64,000 bases of DNA from Candidatus Latescibacterota bacterium. Its GTDB lineage: Bacteria > Latescibacterota > UBA2968 > GCA-2709665. The translations under genes were made by a program, and so were the position numbers. The DNA lies in assembly GCA_963662665.2 (NCBI GenBank), contig CAXXJS010000010.1, positions 320,001 through 384,000 of the forward strand, read 5' to 3'. The notes beneath the pieces are model-generated. The model was not told the origin of the DNA. It was given only the letters and a program-made list of their open reading frames with translations, and searched no databases. Positions 6,510 through 15,523 of the stretch are shown one piece after another. Each line of letters begins with the position of its first letter. The stretch's first letter is position 1.

Positions 6510-8972
6510 CTACCTGATGCGCAATCTCGAGGCGCCCGACGTTGTCTGTCCTGAAACCTGATCCGTCACGGTCACGGTCACGTACTTTTCTCCCGGATCA
6601 GAAGCAGCCATGTCAAGTTCCACGTAACCCTGGTCGTCCTCACGACTGCCAACATGCGCGTAGTCGATTGAAATCGACGCCTGATTGTGTTGCCGGACGT
6701 TCAGCAGTTTGCCGATACCGCCCAGAATGCGGGCGCCCACCGATTCACTCAACGCCGACCGCATCTGGTAGGAAACCCGGTACCGCGTGGCTCCGAACTC
6801 GTCTCGCTTCAGATTGTAGACTTCATAGTATATAAATACCGATTGTCCTCGTTCATACGCACGCGTGGGATTGGGAATGACCTCGATATCCCCCTTGCGG
6901 AATCGGTCACTGTCCGCCGGTCGGATGGTCGCGGCAATCTGAATACCGCTGAGTCTCAAATAGCCCCTGGGATACGCGGGCAACACGACCTGTTGCTCGT
7001 AGACCTGCGATCTTCCCGTACCAATTTCCAAGACCTGAACGGACATCCGGTATCTGCCCGGCGGCGCCGAAACCCGAAACATCTCGGGTACGTACGCTTT
7101 TCGCGAAGTATCCGATGGCGCGTCGGAAAACAGCTCGAACTCCCCGTCTTTCCGAAGCACCCGTTCATTCGCCTCGTTGTAAAGCGCAACACCCTTTTTC
7201 AAACGGGCCGTGGGTTTTCTGTCCGGACCTGGCGAAAAATCCAGTTCCCACACGGGAATTCCGTAGTAAACCTCAAGATTCGAGGCGTCCTGCGCCCCTT
7301 TGAATGCAGCCGAGTCGAAGAAATAGGCCAGCGGTCCCGTGGCGAACGCGGGCCGGTAGAGCGTGGGCACGCGTCGCCCCACCTGGTCCAGTTTCAATTT
7401 GGGATTCATCCGCTGCCAGGTGTACAGGTGGCGGGAGTGTCCGCCCTTCCCGCTGGGCATATCGGCAAATTTGAAGGTCGTCTGTCCCAGCGTGCGGGTG
7501 AACGTAATCTCCATCCCGGGACCCACGTCGGTGTAGATCCAGTATTCCCAGACCTTGCCCGAAACCGGATAGACCGGCCAGCCCAGAATGCTGGACGCCA
7601 TTCGCAACTTGCCGGAGAGATCGCCCGACCCATCGCTCAACGGGACCGACCTGTAGCCGCCGGTCGCGGTTCGCGTGACGCCGGCCTCCTCCGATTCACG
7701 AAGCGACTCGCTGACAGGACCTAAAACGCTCGCTTCGCCGAGACCTCCGACCCTTCCGCCGTGGGAAGTCGTTTCGCTGTTTCGCACCCTGAGCATATGG
7801 GACAATGCATCGCCCGCATGCAGCGCGATCCGTTCCTTGATCCTGATCGCCTTCGGGTCGGTTTCGAATCGGATGTTTTCAGAACTGCTCACGTGGGCGG
7901 GCGGGCCGTAACGGATGTAGACGTCGCCGCGCGCGTCCCACGGGAAGCGGTCAATTCCGAAATTCTCCAGCGAGTATGCCACGCGGCGGTAATGTTCCAG
8001 CTTTCGCTCGTTGGCGGCCGTGGCGGGCGCCGGGTCTCTCCCCGCCCAGTATTCTTCGGAAAGCGCCTTCCATTCCGCCGCCGGCGTAGAATCAAAACGC
8101 TTCTGCTGCTCCTTTGCGACATTGCGCAAGTCGTAATATACGGCCTGCGTATCCGCCCCCATGCCTTCGAGATACCGGTCGAACAGGACGTCTGCACGGT
8201 CGTATTCGCGTTGCTTCAGGTAGACTTCGGCGAGTGCCAACGCCGACCGTTGCTGATACGGATTGCGCGACTCGACAAGTGGTTTCAGAATCGGCACGGC
8301 CTCTTCGGGTTTGCCCTGGTCCCCTAATACTTCCCCCAGATCCAGCCGCGCTTCCGCGTGATCCGGGTTGACTTCGAGTTGCCTCCGAAAGGCCGCTTCC
8401 GCCTTTTCGAGCTGGACGTACTCTCCCGCGTCTCCATTTTTGTAGATGCTACCGATGCGAAACCAGACGTCCCCATGCTCCGGTGCGATTTTAGCCAGAC
8501 GCTTGTAGGCCATGAGCTCTTTGGTATCGCCAATTTGCCGGTACGCCCCGGCCAGATTGTAGTACGCCTCGGCATAGGTACGTTGCACCGAAATCGCATC
8601 CTGGAAGTATTTGATTGCCCATCGCAGCCCCTTTTCCTTCCGCAAATACACCAACCCCAACCCGTTGTGGGCGGGCGCGAATTTCCGTTTCCTGCGCCTG
8701 GCATCCATGAACGCGTCTTCCGCGGCATCCAGGTCGTCGCTTTGCAGATACACGTGGCCTGCGCCTACCAGTGAAGGTACGTGTTTCTTATTGATGTCCA
8801 GCGCCTTCCTGAACTTCAACAGCGCGCCGTCCAGGTCTCCCGCCTCGAACAGCAGTATCCCCTCGCCGTAAAGCGTCTCGACCGGCGTCCGGCGGGTATC
8901 GGTGGATTCGGCGCGGATGTCGCTTGCTGTACTCAGGACGATTGACGTCGCGAAAGCAAGAATGCACCTCAT
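6510..8972 (-). CDS. Exported TPR + GWxTD-type domain protein
   Basis: Signal peptide, many TPRs, DP-P-T-ANER-LEHYRRV-Y...WDARGDVYIRYGPP, C-terminal Ig-like region. GGAGG RBS before 8972. Confidence 0.85.
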   Translation of the reverse strand: MRCILAFATSIVLSTASDIRAESTDTRRTPVETLYGEGILLFEAGDLDGALLKFRKALDINKKHVPSLVGAGHVYLQSDDLDAAEDAFMDARRRKRKFAPAHNGLGLVYLRKEKGLRWAIKYFQDAISVQRTYAEAYYNLAGAYRQIGDTKELMAYKRLAKIAPEHGDVWFRIGSIYKNGDAGEYVQLEKAEAAFRRQLEVNPDHAEARLDLGEVLGDQGKPEEAVPILKPLVESRNPYQQRSALALAEVYLKQREYDRADVLFDRYLEGMGADTQAVYYDLRNVAKEQQKRFDSTPAAEWKALSEEYWAGRDPAPATAANERKLEHYRRVAYSLENFGIDRFPWDARGDVYIRYGPPAHVSSSENIRFETDPKAIRIKERIALHAGDALSHMLRVRNSETTSHGGRVGGLGEASVLGPVSESLRESEEAGVTRTATGGYRSVPLSDGSGDLSGKLRMASSILGWPVYPVSGKVWEYWIYTDVGPGMEITFTRTLGQTTFKFADMPSGKGGHSRHLYTWQRMNPKLKLDQVGRRVPTLYRPAFATGPLAYFFDSAAFKGAQDASNLEVYYGIPVWELDFSPGPDRKPTARLKKGVALYNEANERVLRKDGEFELFSDAPSDTSRKAYVPEMFRVSAPPGRYRMSVQVLEIGTGRSQVYEQQVVLPAYPRGYLRLSGIQIAATIRPADSDRFRKGDIEVIPNPTRAYERGQSVFIYYEVYNLKRDEFGATRYRVSYQMRSALSESVGARILGGIGKLLNVRQHNQASISIDYAHVGSREDDQGYVELDMAASDPGEKYVTVTVTDQVSGQTTSGASRLRIR

Positions 8973-9173
8973 CTTGCGACCCTCCGCAGGGGAGTGGCTG
9001 TGTCGCGCCGGCGCGGGACTTTCCACGGGGCTACGTCTGTGGACGCGCGGGTCTCTGCGCGCCATGGTATTCAATAAGGCATCCATAAACGTGGCAATCG
9101 AATACCCATCCATGAAAGACACGATGTTACGGGAGATGGTTCCTTGAAATACCGCCCCGTACATCACGTTGCG

Positions 9174-10049
9174 TCAACACAGGGTTTCACGGCGGCGAAG
9201 CGGCCCCATCTCCGAGGCGCGCGCCACGTCCTCCAGTTCGGCCGCCGTCGCCGCGCCGCTGGAAATCGTGCTGACCCTCGGATCGGCGAGGACGTACCGG
9301 AACGCGTTCCTGGGTACGGTACCCGGTTCATTGCCAAGGCGCCCAATGATCCCCTCGGCTCTGGCGCGTTCCCCGCGATCTTCCAGATTCTCAAGCGCCG
9401 CCTTTCGCCGGGGTTCGTCGGAAAAAAGCCCTCCAGCGAGCACTGTGGCAACGACAATGCCCATACCGCTTGCGGCTGCCGCCGGTATGACCTCTTTTGC
9501 GGCTATCTGCGAACAGGGGTGGTAATCGTGAAAGACGAGCAGGGCATCGAACTCGCCCGTGCGAGCGAGTTTCGCCAGCATTGGAATGGCCCTGTCCGTT
9601 ATGCCGATATGGTCGCACAGTCCGCGTTTCTGCGCCTCCCGCAACCCCTCGAGGGTTCCGCCCCGTTCCATGATGCGATCCCATCCGGCTTCGCTCACCT
9701 GATGGACCTGTGCCGAGAAAAGCCTCGATATTCGCAGGCGCGTCAGGCTTCGTTCAAGGCTGCGCAATACACTGTCCCGCCGATAGTCGAAATCCTCGGG
9801 GTCAAATCCAACCTTGGTGGCGACGTGCATGCGGGACCCCGCGGTTTCGAGGGCGTAACCGAACAGCGCTTCGCTCCTGCCGTAGAGGGGCGCGGTGTCG
9901 ATATAGTTGATTCCCAGATCGTCCGCACGGCGGACGATCTCAACCGCGTTTTCCTGCTCGTGTTCGGGATCCGGCCCTCCGATGTACGCGCCGCCCAGGC
10001 TGACCTCGCTGACGCGGATGCCCGTGTTGCCGAACTCGCGGTATTCCAT
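9174..10049 (-). CDS. Aldo/keto reductase
   Basis: MEYREFGNTGIRVSEVSLG, GINYIDTAPLYGRSE, ATKVG, SLERSLTRL. Strong RBS. Confidence 0.92.
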   Translation of the reverse strand: MEYREFGNTGIRVSEVSLGGAYIGGPDPEHEQENAVEIVRRADDLGINYIDTAPLYGRSEALFGYALETAGSRMHVATKVGFDPEDFDYRRDSVLRSLERSLTRLRISRLFSAQVHQVSEAGWDRIMERGGTLEGLREAQKRGLCDHIGITDRAIPMLAKLARTGEFDALLVFHDYHPCSQIAAKEVIPAAAASGMGIVVATVLAGGLFSDEPRRKAALENLEDRGERARAEGIIGRLGNEPGTVPRNAFRYVLADPRVSTISSGAATAAELEDVARASEMGPLRRRETLC

Positions 10050-10191
10050 GTTCCCTCCTTCCCGTGGCGCTCTTGTCAAAAGATAGCCGAATCAAGCCGG
10101 CCCCGCAAGGTGCCGGGGGACCCGTTTCCGGCCGTACACCGGCACTCGGAGACTCCCGATGCTCGGCCAGTGCCGGACGGTCCGCCCTCGC

Positions 10192-10699
10192 CTCTGTTCC
10201 TGACGGCGCAGATCGGCGGCGCGGTCACGGACATGATTTCCTTCGATTCCGAAGGCAAGACCTGGGTCGGCGTCGGCATGGACAAGGGGGTGCACCTGCT
10301 TACTTCGGATGGCCGGGAGGGTCGGTTTTTCGGTACGGACGGTCCGGTCCGGGTCCTGCGCTGGTGGGATGGAAGATCGGCGGCAACTTCCTGAGTGACG
10401 CGCCGGCCGAACCGCGGGAATACGCCCTTCATCCAAATTTCCCGAACCCATTCAACAGTGAGTGCCAGATCGCTTATCAGCTGCCCGCGGCCGGCGACGT
10501 GTCGCTGATTGTCTACAACCTGATTGGACAGCGTGTCCGCGTCCTGGCCGAGGGAAACCGGCAGGCCGGATATTACCAGGTAACCTGGGACGGGAGAGAT
10601 GACTCGGGGAGAGAAGTGTCCAGCGGCGTCTACTGCATCCGTCTGGTCGCTGATGACGGCAAGTTCACAGCGGTAGGGAAGATGGTGCTGTTGAAATGA
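10192..10699 (+). pseudogene. Gene remnant: propeller-like fragment out of frame with a FlgD-Ig/T9SS-type C-terminal domain
   Basis: YALHPNFPNPFN...IYNLIGQRVRVL...WDGRDDSGREVSSGVY...KMVLLK. No credible start or signal peptide; upstream coding-like sequence is in another frame. Confidence 0.65.
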
Positions 10700-10802
10700 C
10701 GTCCGGTCCGGAAATGCGCCGACGTCGTCACATGTTGAATTCGGATCCGGATCGACCGCGAACGGCGGCAATTTCGCGCAACAGCGACCGCCTATTGAAA
10801 CG

Positions 10803-10860
10803 TTATCTCTTTTTCGGAATGTACAGGTCGGTCGCGAAATCCAGATGGACTTCAGCCATG
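10803..10860 (-). repeat. Duplicated 3' end of lpdA (direct repeat of 12644-12700)
   Basis: 28-bp exact match between 10809-10836 and 12650-12677. Encodes AEVHLDFATDLYIPKKR* versus AEIHLGTATDLYIPKKR* in lpdA. Confidence 0.9.
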
Positions 10861-10864
10861 CTTA

Positions 10865-11878
10865 CTATCGATTTGTCCTTGTCTCGATTTCGGCGCATTT
10901 ATCCAATATGGTTTCGAATCGCTCTTCGTCTTCAAGCAACATCCCATCGCTGAGCATCTTCCTGTAGTCGTCAGCCAGCGCCTCATATGCCAGGGCCTGC
11001 GGCACCAACTGCAATGCGCCAGAAACAGCAGCCTCGTAGTCGATCCAATTCCCTGCGGCGTCCTTCTCCCGGAAGAACATTGCCTTGTGTCGTGCGACCG
11101 ACAGGGCCAGGTTTCGGTCGGCGAGCGACCGTTCGACGAAACCCGCGGCGTCCAGGTGGAAGAGGTCATGCCAGTGCCGGGAGAGTCGCTCGCCTCGGCT
11201 TCGTTGTTGGCGGCAGAAAACGTGTACGGCTGTGGCCTTCTCCCAGAAGGTACGCTCCGGCAACATGACAAGAGCATGGGTGGAGGGGAATGCGACCTCC
11301 GAAACGTATGGCGCCGCATCGCAGGCTATCGGACGCTCTTCGCGAGGCTCCCCCGTTGAACGCCCCCCAAACTCCACCGACACCTCCGGGCTGACGAAGC
11401 CATAATCCGGAAACAGCGGCTCATAACTGACGATTATCCGGTCTCCGTCGGCCCGTATCCGTGCCGATAGGTCGGATTCAGACAGGTTAGCCTCAATCGT
11501 GGGCCGCGCATGAAATTCCACCCACTCGGCCAGGCGTCGCCTGATTTCCCGCGTCCACTTCCGTTCCTGACTGCGCGTGGATGGCAGCACATCTTCTCCA
11601 TAGCCTTCCACGAGGTCTGCAGCGATGGCTCGGATGCTATAGGTGACGTCGAGGTCTTCCGAGAATCGACGGATGGCATGATACGCCTTGGCCAGAGAGG
11701 TGCCTCCCTTGAAGGTCAGGTCTCTGCGGCAAGGACTCTCCATCAGGGTGCGTAACGTAAACACCACCCATATGTCCTTTTCCAGGAGATGGGCACGCCT
11801 CCCACTGAGGCTCGCGGCCACGTTCAGGGCATCCCGTCGGTCGTCCGGAGAGAGGGATTGAAAGGGTGTGTCAGCCAT
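10865..11878 (-). CDS. abiEii: AbiEii/AbiGii-family nucleotidyltransferase toxin (type IV TA)
   Basis: LEKDIWV, FKGGTSLAKAY..IRRFSEDLD, ERTFWEKAT, SRHWHD. Confidence 0.93.
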   Translation of the reverse strand: MADTPFQSLSPDDRRDALNVAASLSGRRAHLLEKDIWVVFTLRTLMESPCRRDLTFKGGTSLAKAYHAIRRFSEDLDVTYSIRAIAADLVEGYGEDVLPSTRSQERKWTREIRRRLAEWVEFHARPTIEANLSESDLSARIRADGDRIIVSYEPLFPDYGFVSPEVSVEFGGRSTGEPREERPIACDAAPYVSEVAFPSTHALVMLPERTFWEKATAVHVFCRQQRSRGERLSRHWHDLFHLDAAGFVERSLADRNLALSVARHKAMFFREKDAAGNWIDYEAAVSGALQLVPQALAYEALADDYRKMLSDGMLLEDEERFETILDKCAEIETRTNR

Positions 11879-12467
11879 TGGCAACCATCGCGCTCACCGG
11901 TTCCGCCATCCATGCTGGCATGATAGCACGCGATGCGGCCAACTCCTGAGTATCTTTCGCGGAGAGCCTGCGCCAAATCACGCCTAAGCCCGCCTCAATT
12001 TCGTCGGCACCCAACCATGAAAGGGCGCGAACCACCTCGCCGGCGGGTCGGTGCGGCGCTGCCAACTGCCAACGCGGAGCATGACGCAATTCCACTGCCA
12101 GATTGCCGAAGAACAGCCTGCGGCAGGGACCGGAGGTCAGATAAACCGAACGCACCGGCACCTGCGTTGTGAGTCCAAGGGCGTTCGCCGCCGCACCTCC
12201 ACAGGGTACAATCGTCTCACCCCATAGATCGGACAGTGATGCGATCACTTTCTCAACCGCAGGCGGACGAGGACCGAATCGAGTCTGAACGGGCCGGACA
12301 TAGACGCCGTGGCAGACCCGCAGGAGGTCCTTTTTGCGGGCAAGTCGGGACAAGGTCTGGTCGATTGCCGCGCGTTTTCCCAGGTGAAGGAGCGCACCTG
12401 GGCAAAGCAGCGCGCCTTCCGGTAAGTCGGCAGCGAGCTCAATAATCTGTTTAGACAGGCTGGACAT
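11871..12467 (-). CDS. abiEi: AbiEi-type antitoxin (DUF6088)
   Basis: AIDQTLSRLA...LLRVCHGVY, GAAAANALGLTTQVP..VYLTSG. Overlaps the toxin start. Confidence 0.9.
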   Translation of the reverse strand: MSSLSKQIIELAADLPEGALLCPGALLHLGKRAAIDQTLSRLARKKDLLRVCHGVYVRPVQTRFGPRPPAVEKVIASLSDLWGETIVPCGGAAANALGLTTQVPVRSVYLTSGPCRRLFFGNLAVELRHAPRWQLAAPHRPAGEVVRALSWLGADEIEAGLGVIWRRLSAKDTQELAASRAIMPAWMAEPVSAMVANG

Positions 12468-12481
12468 GATCCACCTCTTGA

Positions 12482-12511
12482 ATGTCAGAAATATATAAGA
12501 AAATCTGACAT
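12482..12511. promoter_or_regulatory. Inverted-repeat operator upstream of abiEi
   Basis: ATGTCAGA-N14(AT-rich)-TCTGACAT. AbiEi proteins are known to autorepress via promoter inverted repeats. Confidence 0.7.
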
Positions 12512-12643
12512 CAAGCAATATAACTTTCGTGGAGCGAAGCGTTGAAGCGCCTCACGTACTGTGTGCGCGGCTCCCGGCATGGGATCGAGATCAGAGCGTA
12601 AGGGCGCCATAATAGGAGCATTCGATGGCTTGAGGCCACTGAA

Positions 12644-14062
12644 CTACCGCTTTTTCGGAATGTACAGGTCGGTCGCGGTACCCAGATGGATCTCCGCGGC
12701 GATGCCGAGGGATTCGGAGAGGGAAGGATGGGGGTGGATCGTGTGCGCCAGATCTTCGGCGACAGCGCCCATTTCAACGCCGAGGACGGCTTCGGCTATG
12801 AGTTCGCCCGCGTTGGGGCCCACAATCCCCGCCCCCAGAATTCGGCTGGTTTCCGGGTCGAAAACCAGTTTCGTAAGCCCCTCGGTACGGCCGAGAGTTG
12901 CCGCCCGGCCTGAGGCGGCCCACGGAAAGCGGGCGGTTTTCGCTGGGCGATCCTGCGCCCGCGCTTCGGTTTCCGTCAGACCGCACCACGCGATCTCAGG
13001 ATCCGTGTAGACAACGGAAGGGACGATGCTGTCGAAGGCCGCGGGTTGCCCGGCGATGACTTCGGCGGCAACTTTCCCCTGGTGGGCGGCTTTATGGGCG
13101 AGCCCCGGGCCATCCACCACGTCGCCAAGGGCAAAGATGCGGCTGTCGGACGTGCGCATGTGTTCGTCGACGAGGATGAATCCGGCATCCGAGAGGCCGG
13201 CCCGCGTGTTTTCGAGCCCCAGGTCCCGGGTGTTCGGAACCCGGCCCGCCGAGAGCAGGATGTTGTCGAAGGCCTGAGACCCCCCCTCGAATTCCCCGTC
13301 AAAACTCGCGGTTATCCCCTTGTCGCTGTCTTCCAGGGAGGTGACGGCGGTGTTGACGTGGATGCCGTCGAAAATGCCTTTAAGGTGTTTTTGCAGGGGT
13401 TTGACCAGGTCACGGTCCACACCGGGCAGGAGGCCGCCGGTGATTTCGACGAGCGTCACCCGGCTTCCGAGTCGGGCGTAGACGGTGCTCAGTTCAAGTC
13501 CGACGATACCCCCGCCTACTGCAAGCAGACGATCCGGGACGTACTCCAGTTCAAGCGCCTTGTTCGAATCCAGGATCTTCGGGCTTTCAATGTCGAAAAC
13601 AGGGGGCACTGCCGGCCTGGACCCCGTGGCGACGATGGCATGCACGAAGTCGATTTGAGAGACGTCTCCACCGCCCGAGACACGGACCCGCTGGGAAGAC
13701 TCGAAGGCCGCGCGGCCGCAAACACGCGTGACCCTGCGGCGTTTGCAGAGGGCATCGAGGCCGCGTGAGAGCTTCGTGACAGTCCGGTCTTTCCACTTCC
13801 GCATCTTGTCCAGGTCGATTTCCGGTTCCGGGAACGTCAATCCACACGCCGCCGCTTCACGGGATTCCGAAATCAGGCTTGCAACGTGAAGCAGGGCCTT
13901 GGAGGGGATACAGCCCCGGAGCAGGCATGTGCCTCCGAGACGGTCGTCGGCCTCGACCAGCGTGACGGGGATGCCCAGGTCCGCCGATCTGAAGGCGGCG
14001 GCGTAACCGCCCGGCCCCCCGCCGATAACGAGGAGGTCGGTCTTGTGAGTGCCTTCCGGCAT
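12644..14062 (-). CDS. lpdA: Dihydrolipoamide dehydrogenase (E3)
   Basis: GGGPGGY, GGTCLLRGCIPSK, IHPHPSLSE. Confidence 0.97.
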   Translation of the reverse strand: MPEGTHKTDLLVIGGGPGGYAAAFRSADLGIPVTLVEADDRLGGTCLLRGCIPSKALLHVASLISESREAAACGLTFPEPEIDLDKMRKWKDRTVTKLSRGLDALCKRRRVTRVCGRAAFESSQRVRVSGGGDVSQIDFVHAIVATGSRPAVPPVFDIESPKILDSNKALELEYVPDRLLAVGGGIVGLELSTVYARLGSRVTLVEITGGLLPGVDRDLVKPLQKHLKGIFDGIHVNTAVTSLEDSDKGITASFDGEFEGGSQAFDNILLSAGRVPNTRDLGLENTRAGLSDAGFILVDEHMRTSDSRIFALGDVVDGPGLAHKAAHQGKVAAEVIAGQPAAFDSIVPSVVYTDPEIAWCGLTETEARAQDRPAKTARFPWAASGRAATLGRTEGLTKLVFDPETSRILGAGIVGPNAGELIAEAVLGVEMGAVAEDLAHTIHPHPSLSESLGIAAEIHLGTATDLYIPKKR

Positions 14063-14140
14063 GGTTGCTCCGGATTGGTGGACGTTTCATGCAGACCGGA
14101 TGGACATTTTTCAACGGGCAGTCAGGGCTCTGATTGCCGT

Positions 14141-15433
14141 CTACCCGCCAAGGAGCATGCGTTCCGGGTCTTCGAGGGAATCAACCAGATGTCTGGCAAA
14201 TCTCGCGCCATCGGCGCCGTCTACGATGCGATGGTCGTACGACACGCAGATAGGCATGATGAGACGCGATTCGATGCGCCCACCATGTACGACCGGTTCC
14301 TGTCGGGATCGCCCCATGCCCAGTATGGCGACTTCGGGGAAGTTGACGATGGGCGTGAAGGCAGTACCGCCTATGCTGCCCAGATTGGTGACGGTAAAGG
14401 TGCCGCCCTGAAGTTCTTCGAGTTCGGTCCTGCCCTCACGCGTGCGGCGCGCGAGTTCGTCGAGTTGAACGGCCAGTTCGAATATGTCTTTGCGGTCGAC
14501 GTCGCGGATAACCGGCACAAGCAGACCCCTCTCCGTATCGACGGCCACGCCGATATGGTAGTAGTGCTTGAGAATGAGATGTCCGGCGGCCAGGTCCAGG
14601 CTGGCGTTGAACTGCGGAAAGGCTTTCAGTGCGCTGACGACGGCCTTCAGGACAAATGGCGTGGGCGTGAGCTTGCCGCCCTGGGCCTCGGCGTCGGCCT
14701 TGTGCCGCTGCCTGAAAGCCTCCAGATCCGTCACGTCTGCCCGGTCGAACTGCGTCACGTGTGGAATCTGCGCCCAGGCCGCGCCCACGTTCTGTGCAAT
14801 GGTCCTGCGAACCCTGGGCAGGGACTGTCTTTCGACGTGGCCCCATCGGGCGAAGTCCGGCAGGTCGGGCGCAACGACAGGCCCGGACGGCGCCGCTTCG
14901 TTCAGGGACGACTGCACGTAGTTCTTCACGTCGTCGCGGGTAATCCGTCCACCCGCGCCGCTGCCCGGTACCTGGCGCAGATCGACGCCGAGTTCACGTG
15001 CGAATCGTCGCACGGAAGGGGCGGCCGGCACGGTGACGCTTGAGGTTTCCGCGGCCGCGGGCGTCTTTTCTTCCGTACCCGCGTTCACCACACCGGGCGG
15101 CGCCTGCGGTTCCGTCGGCGCATCCGCCGGAGGCTGCTGGACGTTCTTGTCCGGCGCGCGCGATTCCCGCACGTCTTCCCGATCGTTCGATGCTGCGTCT
15201 GTTTCGACGGTTATGAGTACGGTGCCTGGCGAGATGCTTTCGCCATTCCTGACGTTGACCGAAGCGATCGTTCCGCCAATGGAAGACGGAACTTCCACCA
15301 GCGCTTTGTCGGTTTCCAGCTCGATAACGGGCTGATCGACCTCAATTGAATCTCCTTCCGAGACCATGACACGCACCACGTCGCCCTGATCGATACCCTC
15401 ACCCAGGTCCGGAAGCCTGAATTCTTCAGCCAC
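14141..15433 (-). CDS. aceF: Dihydrolipoamide acetyltransferase (E2, one lipoyl domain)
   Basis: ELETDKA lipoyl motif, AAPSVRRFARELGVDL, DHRIVDGA. Confidence 0.93.
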   Translation of the reverse strand: MAEEFRLPDLGEGIDQGDVVRVMVSEGDSIEVDQPVIELETDKALVEVPSSIGGTIASVNVRNGESISPGTVLITVETDAASNDREDVRESRAPDKNVQQPPADAPTEPQAPPGVVNAGTEEKTPAAAETSSVTVPAAPSVRRFARELGVDLRQVPGSGAGGRITRDDVKNYVQSSLNEAAPSGPVVAPDLPDFARWGHVERQSLPRVRRTIAQNVGAAWAQIPHVTQFDRADVTDLEAFRQRHKADAEAQGGKLTPTPFVLKAVVSALKAFPQFNASLDLAAGHLILKHYYHIGVAVDTERGLLVPVIRDVDRKDIFELAVQLDELARRTREGRTELEELQGGTFTVTNLGSIGGTAFTPIVNFPEVAILGMGRSRQEPVVHGGRIESRLIMPICVSYDHRIVDGADGARFARHLVDSLEDPERMLLGG

Positions 15434-15523
15434 GGTTCCTCCTTTGCTGGTGCCGCGAACGCTTCCTGGTGTGCCGCGCCGGAAATAAGCTGCCGAATGG
15501 TGACGTATTTCCGGGACGGGACA

